DNA of 64,000 nucleotides from Paraspadella gotoi (Eukaryota > Animalia > Chaetognatha). Below, in pieces: positions 1 through 12,700 of the stretch. The notes beneath the pieces were generated by a model. The model worked only from the letters and a program-made list of their open reading frames with translations, ran no database searches and was not told where the DNA came from. Each line of letters opens with the position of its first letter. The first letter of the stretch is position 1. The position numbers and the translations under genes are program-made. The stretch spans positions 14,334,414 through 14,398,413 of the forward strand of contig CM119265.1 in the NCBI GenBank assembly GCA_051294375.1, written 5' to 3'.

Positions 1-425
1 CAATAAATGGTGAACAAAATACTAAGCAATGGTTAATTTGAATACGTTAAAAACAGATCCGAGTCTTTATAACGCACGGTTCCCTAGACACCCCGAAAAA
101 GAAAATAGAAATAACCCATTTCTGAAACACAAAAAAATGAAAAATATAATGTCTTTTCTACATCGTAGTGAAGTCGAAAAATTCTGATCCAAGCAAGTTT
201 TTTTTTAATTGAATTTTAAAGTTTTCTTATAATTTTCATACAAAATAATGAGAAACTAATCAACAACTTTGTCATTCTTTGTCAAATTTTACTTTCTTTA
301 TATCAATCATTATCTACTGAAAGAGAGCTTTAATTTGAAATCACTCTCATAAGCCTACGATTATTCGTTCTCAAGTTATTATTGAAAATAACTCAATTTA
401 TTACAAAAATAGTAACCATTAATAG

Positions 426-1901
426 GGTACGGAGACCATGTCAAATGCTTTTTTTGCGACGGTGGCCTTTGTAACTGGGAACCTGACGACGAACCTTGGA
501 CGGAACATGCCAGATGGTTTCCCGACTGCGGCTTTCTTAAGCAAGTGAAAGGATCTCAATTCATCCAACAAGTTAAAGTATGATAAATAGGAAATATATA
601 AAAAGAGTAATGATTTTTTGTTTTGTTTTTTTTTTACCTTTATTTTTTCCTCTCAGGACTTAGGATTTAACGGTGGTCCAGTTACGTCGGAAAATGACCA
701 AGAGCCCATGAAAAAATCTCCGGCTTCTCTCGCACTGTCTAGTGACACTTCAGAACCACCGGCAGAATCCTCTTCTCAGCATGGGTCCTCCGCAACTACA
801 AAGCTCTCTTCTATATCGCAATCTAACGATTTGAAGCGCGAAATCAGACATGCAATGAATTCGCCCACTGTTGCAAAGGTCTGACACCTGTAAAATTTTG
901 TCTCTGGTCGCCATTTTAAAATCCTGAAAGTGGAATTTTTTTCTCATTAAACGACATGAAAAATAAGAAAATAAAGAGAAATATATGAGCGCAATTAATT
1001 AAATAATCGTTTTTAGAATCAATTTAAACCCCTAGGTAAATGTAACACATTAAGTAATAGACATGCTTCTGTCTGATGCAAATATTACTTTAATTTATTT
1101 TTTTCATTATCTTTATCTCTTTCATCTTTCTCTCATTAGGCATTGGAAACTGGAATCCCAAAGGATGCCATCGAAACTGCACTTAAGGAAAATATCTTAG
1201 CTGGAAACGGTTAGATCCTTTGATTTTTTTTTTTTAATGATTTACCTATGATTTATTTAAGCATATTTGAATTACTGACAGGGAAATATATCTGAATTTT
1301 TACTATTATTAGGTCATTTCACGGACGTCGAATCATTGATAAACAATGCTCTTCTTATCAACGATCGACTATCTTCAACGATATCTCCAGCACAGCCTAA
1401 AAGTTGCGTCGCGATTCATGAAGAGAAACACTGGTTAGCTGTAAAAAGTTATTAAAATCTCTCATAGAATTGGAATCAATTTTTTTCTTATTCCATTCCT
1501 TAGCGAAACCAAGAAACAAAAGAAAAGAAAAAACAAAGAGTCATCATCTTCCCCCCCGCGACAACGTAAGGATGAAGACGAATTTCCTCTTTTAGTGGAG
1601 ACGCCGATGAGCCTCGGTGAAACTTCTAACCCAGCCGACGCAAAATCACTCGAAGAAGAGAATTTGAAATTAAAAGAGCAACGACTTTGCAAAGTAAGTA
1701 CTTAAATTTTTTCTTTCCGATATCGATACTTTTTATTTTAAATCATGGTATTCTTTGCAGATTTGCATGGATGAAGAAGTATCGATCGTACTTCTTCCTT
1801 GTGGACATTTGGTCTCTTGCGTTAAATGCGCGCCGGCCTTGAGAAATTGCCCGATCTGTCGCAACGCTATCAAAGGAACCGTGCGAACTTTCATGGCATG
1901 A
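426..1901 (+). CDS. Inhibitor-of-apoptosis protein (BIR + UBA-like + RING), 3' part, 6 exons visible
   Basis: Exon from 426 reads [33 protein letters not shown] (BIR). Further exons at ~657-878, 1140-1209, 1313-1432 and 1504-1693. Last exon 1761-1901 reads [46 protein letters not shown] (IAP-type RING). GT-AG introns; 5' end not seen. Confidence 0.93.
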
Positions 1902-2677
1902 TAATAATTTTATTACATTGTTTAAAATTGCGAAATAAACTATTAATACTTTAAATGTGAATATAATTTGGTTTTTTTTCGTTACCTTAGTTTGACTGAA
2001 TTGAAACAATTCGGATTTATTCGGTTAAAGCTTTCCAATAATTAGCTTATGTGGTGGTTGTAACTTGGTGATTGTGAGCTAAGTTTCTCTTTGCTTCAAT
2101 TAATAAAAAGGGAAGGATTAAGGAGTGGCTTAAATTAATATAACAAAAATTGCGGGCAATATTGGATTTAAAAACTAGTATTTTTTCGTTTCGTCTTTAA
2201 ATTTGCTTGATCGTTTGATTTTAAGAATTTACATTGTGTGAAATTTAAGACGCTGTTATTAGTGACGTAAAAAGAGATAAAAGAGAAAAAAAATATTGTA
2301 TGGATTAGTTTCAAAAACACATAGAAATATAATGTCAATTTTATCAAAATCGGCAAGGCGCTTATAATATAAATGATGCAACGTTGAAGTCAGTAAAAAA
2401 ATATAGAAAGAAAGCAATTAGTTTTTATCAACAAGTTTTTAACTTTTTGTTATAAGAAACTTATAATAAAGTATCGACTGAAAAATTTCAGCACCGTTTG
2501 TGTGTGGTGATTCGACTATACAAGTACGATACATAAGAACAAGCAGCATTTATTCATAATTTGGCATAATTTTACTTTCGCCGACCGGGTTTAAGGTTAA
2601 GGGTAGCTAGGTTACGGTATTTAAGTAATTTTTTTTTAAATTAGTATTTTTAGTTAGTTCTTTTAAAACAATTGTAC

Positions 2678-2911
2678 TGAAGAGACAGTAATTATTGATA
2701 AGTGTTAATGACAGAACCGTTCAATATAAGCAGTCCCTGAGCTTCGGATCAGGCTGTAACACCATGTTACAGGCGGGTTAAGCGCCCCGTCCCTCTTAAC
2801 TGCCAGACGACCACCGGGCTAGAACCCCGGACCTTTGGGTTGGGAGGCGAATGACTTGCCTCCGGCACCAATGGCCACTGATGAACGGTTGGTGGATTTT
2901 AGTCCACCATA
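2678..2911 (-). mobile_element. tRNA-bearing ~234-bp element (family T1), copy 1, TSD GTAC
   Basis: Near-identical to six other copies. GTAC at 2674-2677 and 2912-2915. tRNA-like domain with A/B-box-like motifs on the minus strand. Confidence 0.88.
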
Positions 2912-3547
2912 GTACTATGATATATTTTCCAATTCTGTAGAATAAAAAAATATCTTTTTAAGGCTTAGTTAAGTTATAGAATTATAGAATAATTATTTTA
3001 AAAATTACAAATAAAGGCAAAGTATTTTACTTTTAAATTAATCCTGAAACAATTTTTTATAGGCTTTTTTGTGATACCTATATTAGCATTAATTCGTGAG
3101 ATTATGATTGTTTAACAGGTGATGAATTTATTTTTATTTTTGATTGAAAAGCTGGAATTTGTTCATCTCTAAACGGTTAATTATCGGGTAATTTTATTAT
3201 TCGACGACCGCAACCAACATTAACTACCACCGGTCGCACATTGCCTCATTTTTTAAAAAGACCTCGAGGTTAATGCCCTGCTCCTTCCTTCGTTCCCCTA
3301 TCTCGTACACATTGCCTCAGGTTAACACCTTGCTCCTTCTTTCGTTAATGCAGTTTTTTCCTTCGTCCCCCTTTCTCGTATACAGTGGTTTGTTAATCCA
3401 TTGAATTGTTTTCCAGTTACATACAATTTTTGGGGGGGAATAATAATATTTTTTATATTATTTTATGTTGATTTATTCAAATAATTGTTTTAAATTTATT
3501 TTAACTATTATTTTTATGTTATACTCATTACTCATGTTACATTACAG

Positions 3548-3761
3548 ATTGGAGGATTAAAATCCACCAACCGTTCATCATCGGCCTTTGGTGATGGAGG
3601 CAACTTATTCGCTTCCCAACCCCAAGGTCCGGGGTCGCCTAGCAGTTAAGAGGGACGGGGCGCTTAACCCGCCTGTAACACGGTGCCTGATCTGAAGCTT
3701 AGGGACTGCTTATATTGAACGGTTCTGCCACTAACACATAACAATAATTATTGTCTCTTCA
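3548..3761 (+). mobile_element. T1 element copy 2 (degenerate, no TSD)
   Basis: Same sequence in the opposite orientation with small deletions; flanks ACAG/GGTA do not match. Confidence 0.8.
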
Positions 3762-4409
3762 GGTATTTAGAATGATTTGACTTTTAAAAAAGTTATTTTT
3801 GACATTAACTTTGAGTGATGATAACATGAAAACTGAAACTGAAAGAACTTTTGGATTCAACAAGTACAGTAAATGCAATTTTTATAACTGTACTGATTCA
3901 TTGTATTCATTTGTAAAGTGACAGTACGTTTGAGACACTCTGTAGAATATAGAGTCTGGTCTGCTGTAATCAGATCCGATGTGAGTAATCCAAATTAAAC
4001 TTCCTCCAAAAATATTTCGCTCCAGGATTTTTTGTTTACCTTTCCTTTCAACCGTTATTGCCGGACTTTTGCCCAAGTTTTTTGCCTAATTCGACCATTG
4101 CTAAGCAAATAAAAAAAAATCCTTTGGCACTAAAATTTTTTTTCAAGACCATTGCGCAATTTTCGTCATTCAGGTGTACGACATTCAATTTATAATTATT
4201 GAAAGAACAGTGAATCAAGCGAGCACAATTTCTGAAAAAATGAATAGGGGGGGGGGAAACGTTAATATTGCAATCCTAAAAAAATTGAAAAAAAAATAAA
4301 TAAAAGCGGATCATAAGATTAGAAACATATTTTAACCGTTAATAAGCAATTTTTTATTTTTTGTTAATTATTTTTGTTATTAGTTGATGATGATATGATA
4401 ATAATTTAG

Positions 4410-4517
4410 GGTTACTTTTACTTTCGCCGACCGGGGTTAGGGAGGGGTCAGGGTTAAGGGTGGTTTAGGGTTAGGGGTGGTTAGGATTAAGTGGGTTTAG
4501 GGTTAAGGTAATTAGGT
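4410..4517 (+). repeat. Degenerate TTAGGG-like tract following the MITE-end motif TTTTACTTTCGCCGACCG
   Basis: ggggttagggaggggtcagggttaagggtggtttagggttagggg. The same motif or tract recurs at ~2570, ~8880 and ~9120-9280, and as CCCTAA at ~6183-6220. Confidence 0.75.
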
Positions 4518-6305
4518 AATATTTATAATAAAGCATAATCGACGATCCTGGAGGGATCGGGAGGCTTATGGGAAAACGAAGAGAAAGATAAAAAAATAGT
4601 TTGTTTCTTTACAGAAAAGAAAACCTTAACAATTATATTAAAAACGTTGATAAGCTTCATGGGCAAAATATTTTTTGTTAATTTTAATTCTTTAAAAAAA
4701 TTTTTTTAAATATTTATATTTATAATATTTATTTTTTTGTTAGGTTTGATATATATTTAAAAAATAAAAGTTTTTATTTGTGAATACAATAATCATTTAA
4801 TACTTTGGACATATTTTCGTTCTTGTTTTTTGAACCATCATCCAGTTTCAACAGTTTTAAAAGAGAAAGAGAGAAATAATCTCCAGGAATGCCGCATAAT
4901 CAATGTCATATAAAATTTATGGTTTATGTCAGCATTTTAATTTATAATAATTAGGATATTAAGGTAACTTTATTATTCTATGTCGGCAACCAACTTGGGC
5001 TACCAATGGTAGAGCCAAACTTTGTCAATGGGGTGGGTCAGAAGTTTGATTTGGGAACCTTCCAAATGAAACTTCATACATTTCTGAGAAAGCTTTCAAT
5101 GGACCAAAATTTTCTAAAATGGCTAGAAGCACTAGTAATTAATTTTTTAATATTTAATTATAGATAGGAAATGTCAAAATTTTTTTTTTTTTGAATTTTG
5201 TATTTTTAAAAGCAGATTCAGATAGCTTATTAAAAGTTGTCTACACAAAGTATAATTTTTTTTCAATATTTTGATGATAAGTGGGTCAAAATTGAGAAAA
5301 ACCTAAAAAAATCATCCTCATTATCATCATCCGATGATTTTAATAGTTTTTGCTAATTTTTAATAATAAAACATCAAAATTTTAAAAAGTTGTAATTATA
5401 TTTTTTGTTTAACTTTTTGAGCTCTATCAGAATCAATTAAAAAAATTTAAAATATCTAAAAAAAAATTTTTGACATTAATAGCAATATAATAATTTTAAT
5501 TAACGAATTACTCATGGTTCGGAACATTTTTGCAAAAAATATTTTAACAAAATAACTAATACTAATAATGGATTCGTTTAATGATGTTCCCATTAAAATT
5601 TAAATTTGGTCGGCTACCGCTACCAATGGTTGGTGTTTGTTAATCCATTATATTTTGTTTTCCTTCTAGCGTCTAGTCTGTTTGCGCATTAATACACATT
5701 TTTACGCAGTAATATAAATTTTTGTTAAATTTTGTAAAAAAAATAAATTTCTAATGTTTCAGATTCAATATAAGCCTTCATCATCAGAGCAAAAAAGAAT
5801 TGACGTGTAAAAAAATATTTTTTCAGACCTCTCTTCAAATTTAAAAATGAATTTAGAAATGAAATTTGTAATAAAAAGTTTTTCTACTTTCACTAATGTC
5901 CTTTTTTTTATTCTTGTGTAATAATATTTTTATACGTCGTTCATAAAAAGCGAAAAACAAATCGCCGACGGCAAAATACCGGTCAGCTAATGTAAAAGTT
6001 AGCCGGATGATAAATTCTATGCTATTAATTTATTGGCTTATTTGTACATGCGCCGACGAGTATTTTGCGGTCAGTTATTTATTTTTCGCTTCTTATGAGC
6101 AACGTATAAAAATCTCACTACACAAAAAGATATGACACTGGTAAGGGTAGAAAATATTTATATCACAAATTTAATTTCGAAACCTCCCCTAACCCTAACT
6201 ATCCCTAATTACCCCTAACACCATTGCTTACCGTTTAAAAATATAATAAAAATATTATTTATTTTACTTTCATTTTAGTTATTTGTTTAAGGTTTAAAAC
6301 GAATT

Positions 6306-6510
6306 ATGTACAAGTTTTATTTAGAAATATTTAGACATATTCCGGCTTCAATGTAAGCCTTCATAAGCGCAAAAACGAATTGATTTGTGAAACAAAAATT
6401 TTCACAATATTTGAAGAGAATCTGTAAAAATATTTGTTTCAGTGAAACTTTCACAAATCAATTCTTTTCGCGCTGATGAAGGCTTATATTGAAGTCCGAA
6501 ATTTATGTTT
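6306..6510. ncRNA. Palindromic element with outward-facing degenerate hammerhead ribozyme cores (Penelope-type)
   Basis: Plus arm CTGATGA(6473-6479)-aggcttatattgaagtcc-GAAA(6498-6501). Minus arm cttatga-aggcttacattgaagcc-ggaa-tatgtc. A related half-copy lies at ~5752-5787. Confidence 0.6.
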
Positions 6511-6515
6511 CTTAA

Positions 6516-7386
6516 GGGGACCCAGTGATAAAAATGATATCATAAGCTTATGGGTCTATCATCAAAAGAATTTGAATGGTGATAGTCATTAATTTTTCTT
6601 TGCACGGGAAAGTGGCAAAAAAATTCTTCTCATTGTAGCGGAAACAAAAATTTAATAATTATAAAAAAACATTTAGTTGACCCTACTTAAATATTTATAT
6701 AATCCATTATTTTATTTTTGCATTAAAAAATATTTTTTACTAAATTCAATTTTTTTATTTTTTATTGTACAAAGTTACAATTTTAGGTTTAAGCCTCATT
6801 GAACAAAGGCTTTACAAGATTAATATTTTTTTATTTTTATATTTATTTAAAAGCAGACAAATCAAACCTAAATTCTATTCTTACAGAAACAAAACTGAAA
6901 TAATTATTAATTAATATTCATATTCATCCTTAAATGTATTATTAAACTATATTGATTCCTAATTATAATAATTAAAAATTTAGTAAAAGTAAAGAATCTT
7001 TCTCTTTTTTTATATTTATATTACTTTAAAGAGTTTTATTTTTATCCAATTAACAGAATCATTTGAAAAGAAAGTTTAAATAAAATCAGTCGATACCTTA
7101 AATTTGGATTCATTTCTAGTTTTTTTTCTTATAAATTTTTGTGATAAAAGCTGAAAATCTTTTTAAAATTAGATCTTACCCTTCTTAGGAAAAAAAAATT
7201 TTAAACTTGAAAGATTTTTTTTTTACCGATTTTTTAAAGAAAATTAAGCTCGCTGATTTTATCGAATTTTTTAACTACTTTCCCAAATGATTAAAGAAGA
7301 AAAAATTATATGGTCAGAACCAGCTTAAGTTAAAGGGTCAAACGTTATATTTTCAGCTTTTTACCCCCCCTGTTCACGTGGTCCCC
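6516..7386. mobile_element. Kolobok-like MITE with TTAA TSD
   Basis: ttaa|GGGGACC...GGTCCCC|ttaa. It interrupts the right arm of the 6306 palindrome, which resumes after 7390 (taaaactcgttgtacat). Confidence 0.7.
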
Positions 7387-9774
7387 TTAATAAAACTCGT
7401 TGTACATCAACAAACAATTCATTTTCTACCTCAAACATAAAAATATCAATTAAAATAAATTTAAAACAATTAAAACAATTACTGTGCATTGTGTGCAAAC
7501 TAAGACTCGACGCTAGAAGGAAAACAAAATTAAATGGATTAACAAAGCACCGACATTAACATGGATTAACAAAGTACCTAAAGTAGGGGTAGCCCCACTC
7601 AATGGAGTGAATCAAAAATTTAGAATGATTATATGCTCAAATGAAAATTTATACATTTTTAAGTATACTTTCAATGGACAAAACATTTCTTATGTGGCTC
7701 TATACCCAAATAATAAATTTTTTAATATTTATTTATAAATAGGAAAGGCCAAAATTTTTTGGGAAAATTTTTAAATTTTAAGACCAGATTCAGATAGCTC
7801 ATAAAAAGTTATCTACACAAAGTATAATTCTTTTTTAAATATTTTCATGATAAGTGAGTCAAAAATAAGAAAAACCGTAAAAAATCATCATCATCTTTCG
7901 ATGATTTTATCAGTTTTTTTATATTTTCACATAGAAAATGTAAGAATTTTTAAAAGCTGTAATTATATCTAACTTTTAATGCTCTATCAGAATCCATCAA
8001 AAAAATTTTAGATTTAAAAAAAAAAATTTATAATGTTAAAAAAGACAAGTAATATTTATGATTGTTTAAATATTTAGTCAAGACAACTAAAGTTGGTTGC
8101 GGACGTCGAATAGTAAAGTTACCCAATTTATTTTAGGAATGATAATTATTCAATTTCGTGATTCCTTGATGCGTTGATAAATAGTTATTGTTGTGATGAT
8201 ATTCATTTCTGGGATAGCCTTTTTTTTTATGCGATGGTAATTGTTTATTGATGCAATAAGATTATCGATAATATCATTTATTGATACAAAAGGAAAAAAT
8301 GCATTGTTAATAAGTTATTAATATGATAGCGAAGATTCAATAATTTGAAGTATTTATTCATTTAAAAGTAGTAAACTAGTCTTGAAACAAATGAACAGAT
8401 AAGATAAGCGCATGCGTTAGTTTTAAAATGAGTACTATTTCTTTTTTTTTCCAGAAAATTATTTCCAACATTTTCCGAAATTGTTGCTATTGGCAAACTG
8501 ACTGATGCAAAGATTGTCATCGTATTGCCATCGACGATAGGGAATAAAAACCTCTTTCGCGCCTCTCAGTCGGGCCTCCGTAGAACATCTTAAGTGAATG
8601 ATAAAGTTTCTTTTAATAAAAATTATTTTCCTTCCTTTAGATATTCCGCCTTCGCCATTGCTTGCATTTTTTGTCATAATTTTTTTTTCTCACGAATTGT
8701 CAATGACATTTGTTCTTGGCTTTGTAGTAGGATGGAAATAATAAAAAATTAAAGGGCATAATTTTACTTTCACCACTGGAACCGAACCAGTCGGTTATTT
8801 TTTTATTTGCATATAATATTATTTTAGGTTATTTGGGATTGGCGTTTCAAAAAAAACTTTTTAAATTAATAAATGGTGTTACTTTTACTTTCGCCGACCG
8901 GGGTTAGGAGAGGTGAGGGTTAAGGGTGGTTTAAGGTTATGGGTGGTTTTTAAAATAAGTATTTTTAAATGGTTCATCAAAATTCGCCATAGCCGTGGTC
9001 AGCGAAAGTAAAATTTAGCCTAAGTATTTATGCATCTTCATCGTCTTCCATATTTCTCCTATTTATTCTGCGATTCAATGTAACTTTTTTTTTGTTCGGT
9101 TTTTTCAAAATACACCAAAAGCCCGGTCGGCGAAAGAAAAATTTTGCTATTACTTTTTTTTCCTTGTATTATTAAAACCCTGTAAGGTTTAGTTAAGGCG
9201 AGGGGTATTTAGGGTAGGGATGGTTAGGCTTAGGGTTAGTTAAGGTTAGGGGTGGTTACAGGGTTAGTGTTAAGGGAGGTAATATTCAAAAAATATTTCT
9301 AAATCTTTTTTACGTTTATGCTCATAAGAAGCAGAAAAAAAATCATGGTCTGAATGATGTTAAACAGTGAATGTACAATTTTATTAAGAAAAGATTGATT
9401 TAAAATGATTTCTTATGTTAGGACCCTTTGGTCACCCCCCCCCCCCGAGAATCTTTTCCACCCCAGCCTGATACTTGTTGTCCAGACCAAAGGCATGAAT
9501 TGGCGATCAGAGCAGATTGACGATAAAATTTTTGACATTTCCTATCTATAAATATTTTAAAAATAATTACTAGTGCTCCTAACCATTTTAAAAAATTTTG
9601 GTCCATTGAAAGTTTTTAAAAATGTATGAAGTTTCATTTGGGAAGGTTCCCTCCCTAAAGTAAAAGTAAAAATAACCCCCACTTTTTAATATGTCAAGAA
9701 AATGCTTTAATTTTGTTGTTTTATTTCTATTGACCAACAAGCTTCAAGGAATAGCGAAGTAATAAACTGAAAAA

Positions 9775-12700
9775 ATGGCAAAACCTAGGTCTTTGCTTGG
9801 AAACGGCGTCAATCTTCCTTCTAGCAGCAAAAATCGCTTTCATCAGGCGGCTCGAGATGGTTACCTCGATTTACTCAAAGGTACGTAGAAAGACGTGTAT
9901 TTTTCGAATATATACTATGTAAATACAGATAAAGAATTTTAGGTGCTGCAAATTCGTACATATGTAATGGTATTCGTGTACGAAAATTATAAAGTTCTTG
10001 GCTTCCTATGTAATTACCAAACTCGCTGTTTAACCAAATGCAGGCGCAACGAGACGCGACTGCGATCGACCGGACGAAGACGGAATGACGCCTTCGCATT
10101 GGGCTTCGTATCATGGAAACGTGGAAGCCCTTCGACTTCTAGTCTCGCGCGGGGGAAACCCTGATAAGCTTGACCTTCTCGGAAACTCGTGCCTTCATCA
10201 CGCTGTCGTTCACGGCCACCTCAAGTGCGTCTCGTTTCTCGTCACTTTCGGCGCTACCATATGGGCGATGGACAACGGTTTTCGGTGAATTTGAAGAATT
10301 GAATGATTTCGGTAAATGCAAAATTGTATGTAATAGATCTCATTTTTCATAAGAACTCCCCTCGACTTGGCCGCGCTACACAATCATATGGACATTGTCA
10401 AATATTTAGACTCAGTTGCTGCGCAACAGGCTTCGAAAGATCCCAAGAGCGTTTCCAAAGCCAAGCAGAAAGCACATGAGCGCGCGGTCAACAACGGCAA
10501 GCGTTTCGAGAAGTTGCGAGATGAGACATCGAAGAAACTTGAAAAGGAGCATCTAAAACTTTCAAACGCGCAAATTCCTAGTCCTGATAAATATGGGACC
10601 GTATCTTCACTAAATCTCTTCTCGGACTCAAAAATAGCCAAATCACTTCGAAGTGCCAAGAAACCTTCCACATTTTCGACCGGCTCGAAAAATGCACCAA
10701 AAAAATTTTCTGATATTTCTGGCATACAGGCCACTGTACGACGCGACAAAGGGAACCCTCAATCTTCCAGCGAATCGTGGTTTTTGGGGCAGGGTTCGGC
10801 GCCAGAAAGTGAGTTAAGTCAAAGCGCCTCGGCGTCCGCCACGCCCACCTCGCCCCCGCGACGCGGGCTCGTCAGAGATTTTCAAGTCCTGTACGTCGAC
10901 AAATCGGCGCGGCAACAAGTGAGTTTTTTAATATACTCTTTGAAATGGAAGTAATACATACGTAGTTTTGTTTTTTCAAGGCGGCAATATCTATGGATCC
11001 CGAGGCGATGGAAGACGCATTGAATCGGGCGACGAGCGAGAACGATCTCGTATTGAGTGGAGACAGCGGAATCGTGGAGGAGGACGAGGAGGATATTGAG
11101 CCTCCCATCAGTATATTCGACCGCAAGGGTTTCGGCGAGTTAGCTTTCTTTCGCCACCGACCCCCGCATCTTCAAGAGAGCGTCGTCAAGGACGCTCTGT
11201 TCTCGTTGCCTGCGTCCGTTTCGACTGAGAGGGACGACGATGAAGCATCTGGAATAAAAAATTACGGATTTATTACGAATGACCAACCGGTAGGTGGAGA
11301 GCGTTTTTCAGAACCGAATTTATTTTTATTAATGACGTAAATATATAAAAACCACTGTAGTGTTTGAAGAAAGACCTTTCTAAGTTTTCCTGTTATCTTT
11401 TTAGAGCCATACGTATTAGGCCGGAACAGGTTGAAAACTAGAAGTTCTCTCAAATAAATAATAGTAATGAAGAGACAGTAATTATTGTTATGTGTTAGTG
11501 ACAGAACCTGAAGCAGTCCCTGAGCTTCGGATCAGGCTGTAGCGGGTTAAGCGCCCCGTCCCTCTTAACTCCCAGACGACCACCGGGCTAGAACCCCGGA
11601 CCTTTGGGTTGGGAGGCGAATGACTTGCTCAACGGTTGGTGGATTTTAGTCCACCATAGTAAAGTGTTAGAGAATATGAAATTGAAAATAATTTTAAAAG
11701 ATTATTTTATTAATAAGCGCACGGAAGCATTTAAAGATTATTTTAATACTATATAAAGTTAAAATTTTTAAAATTTTTTAAAAATTTTAATAGATTCTGA
11801 TAGAGCTTTAAAAGTTAGATAAAGGTTATTAATACAACTTTTTAAATTTTTTTTGTTTTATTGGTAAAAATTTTAAAAAAACTATAAAATTCAGCCAATG
11901 ATGATGATGATGATGATTTTTATCGTCGCAAACGCAAAGGGGCTGCGTCTGCTGATCAGTTTATTTGACAATGAAAAAGTTGGGTTTTTTTGGGTTTTTT
12001 TTTTTTTTTTTTTTTTTTTTCAGAAACTAACTTTAATTTTCCTCGGTACTTTATTTTTTTTTATTTCTAGATTTTTTAAATTTTTAAATTTTGTTTTTAT
12101 TTTGTTTTATTTTTTCGAGATCACTATACTTTTAAGATTTTTTTTTTTCTAAAAATAAAACAGAGCAAACAAATAATTGCGTGCATGGTTGCAAAAAACT
12201 TTTATATGTTAACAAGAAAGAACCAAAAATAATAAATTTAGAAAAATGAATGGTTCAGGGGACAAAGTCAAGCATGTGGCGGCTACTCAATCACGGGACT
12301 TGAAGCAAACAGGTCCCCATTCTCGCGCAGACAGATAGTCTCTCAAAGAAGTACTTTAATGTTTTGCCGAAGTCGAGACCTGCATTCATTGCTTGGAGTT
12401 TGGCAAAATCTTTAAGGTTGAAGAGCTCGTCCAGGTCCCAAGCCCCAAAGGTGGAAAAAACCAAAGGGATGAAACCAACATCGGCCGGAAGTTTGCCTTC
12501 ATAATTGCCATGTTTGGCCTGACGTGGGATTAAGGATTGTGGGTTTAGTTGAGAATAAGGCATAAGCAGGGAAAAAAAAAAGAGTAGCATCAAGATAAAG
12601 GATAGAAGAAAGAATGAGCGAACCACGCGTCTAGCGCTTTGTTTCTTTGTATTAAATCTTATATTCGAAAGCTTAACTGCTAATGCAAATTTTATTCTTT

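Larger units (their letters stand above)
4963..8125. mobile_element. Nested MITE complex bounded by inverted GGTAACTTTATTATTC...GCAACCAAC termini
   Basis: ggtaactttattattctatgtcggcaaccaac at ~4963 is inverted relative to gttggttgcggacgtcgaatagtaaagttacc at ~8092-8123. An inner inverted pair lies at ~5632-5690 and ~7493-7552. Confidence 0.6.

Noticed and set aside
2830-2911. HDV-like or hammerhead ribozyme in the T1 element (GGCGAATGAC; CTGATGA)
   Set aside because: No P2/P3 partners for an HDV fold, and no GAAA or stem III follows CTGATGA.
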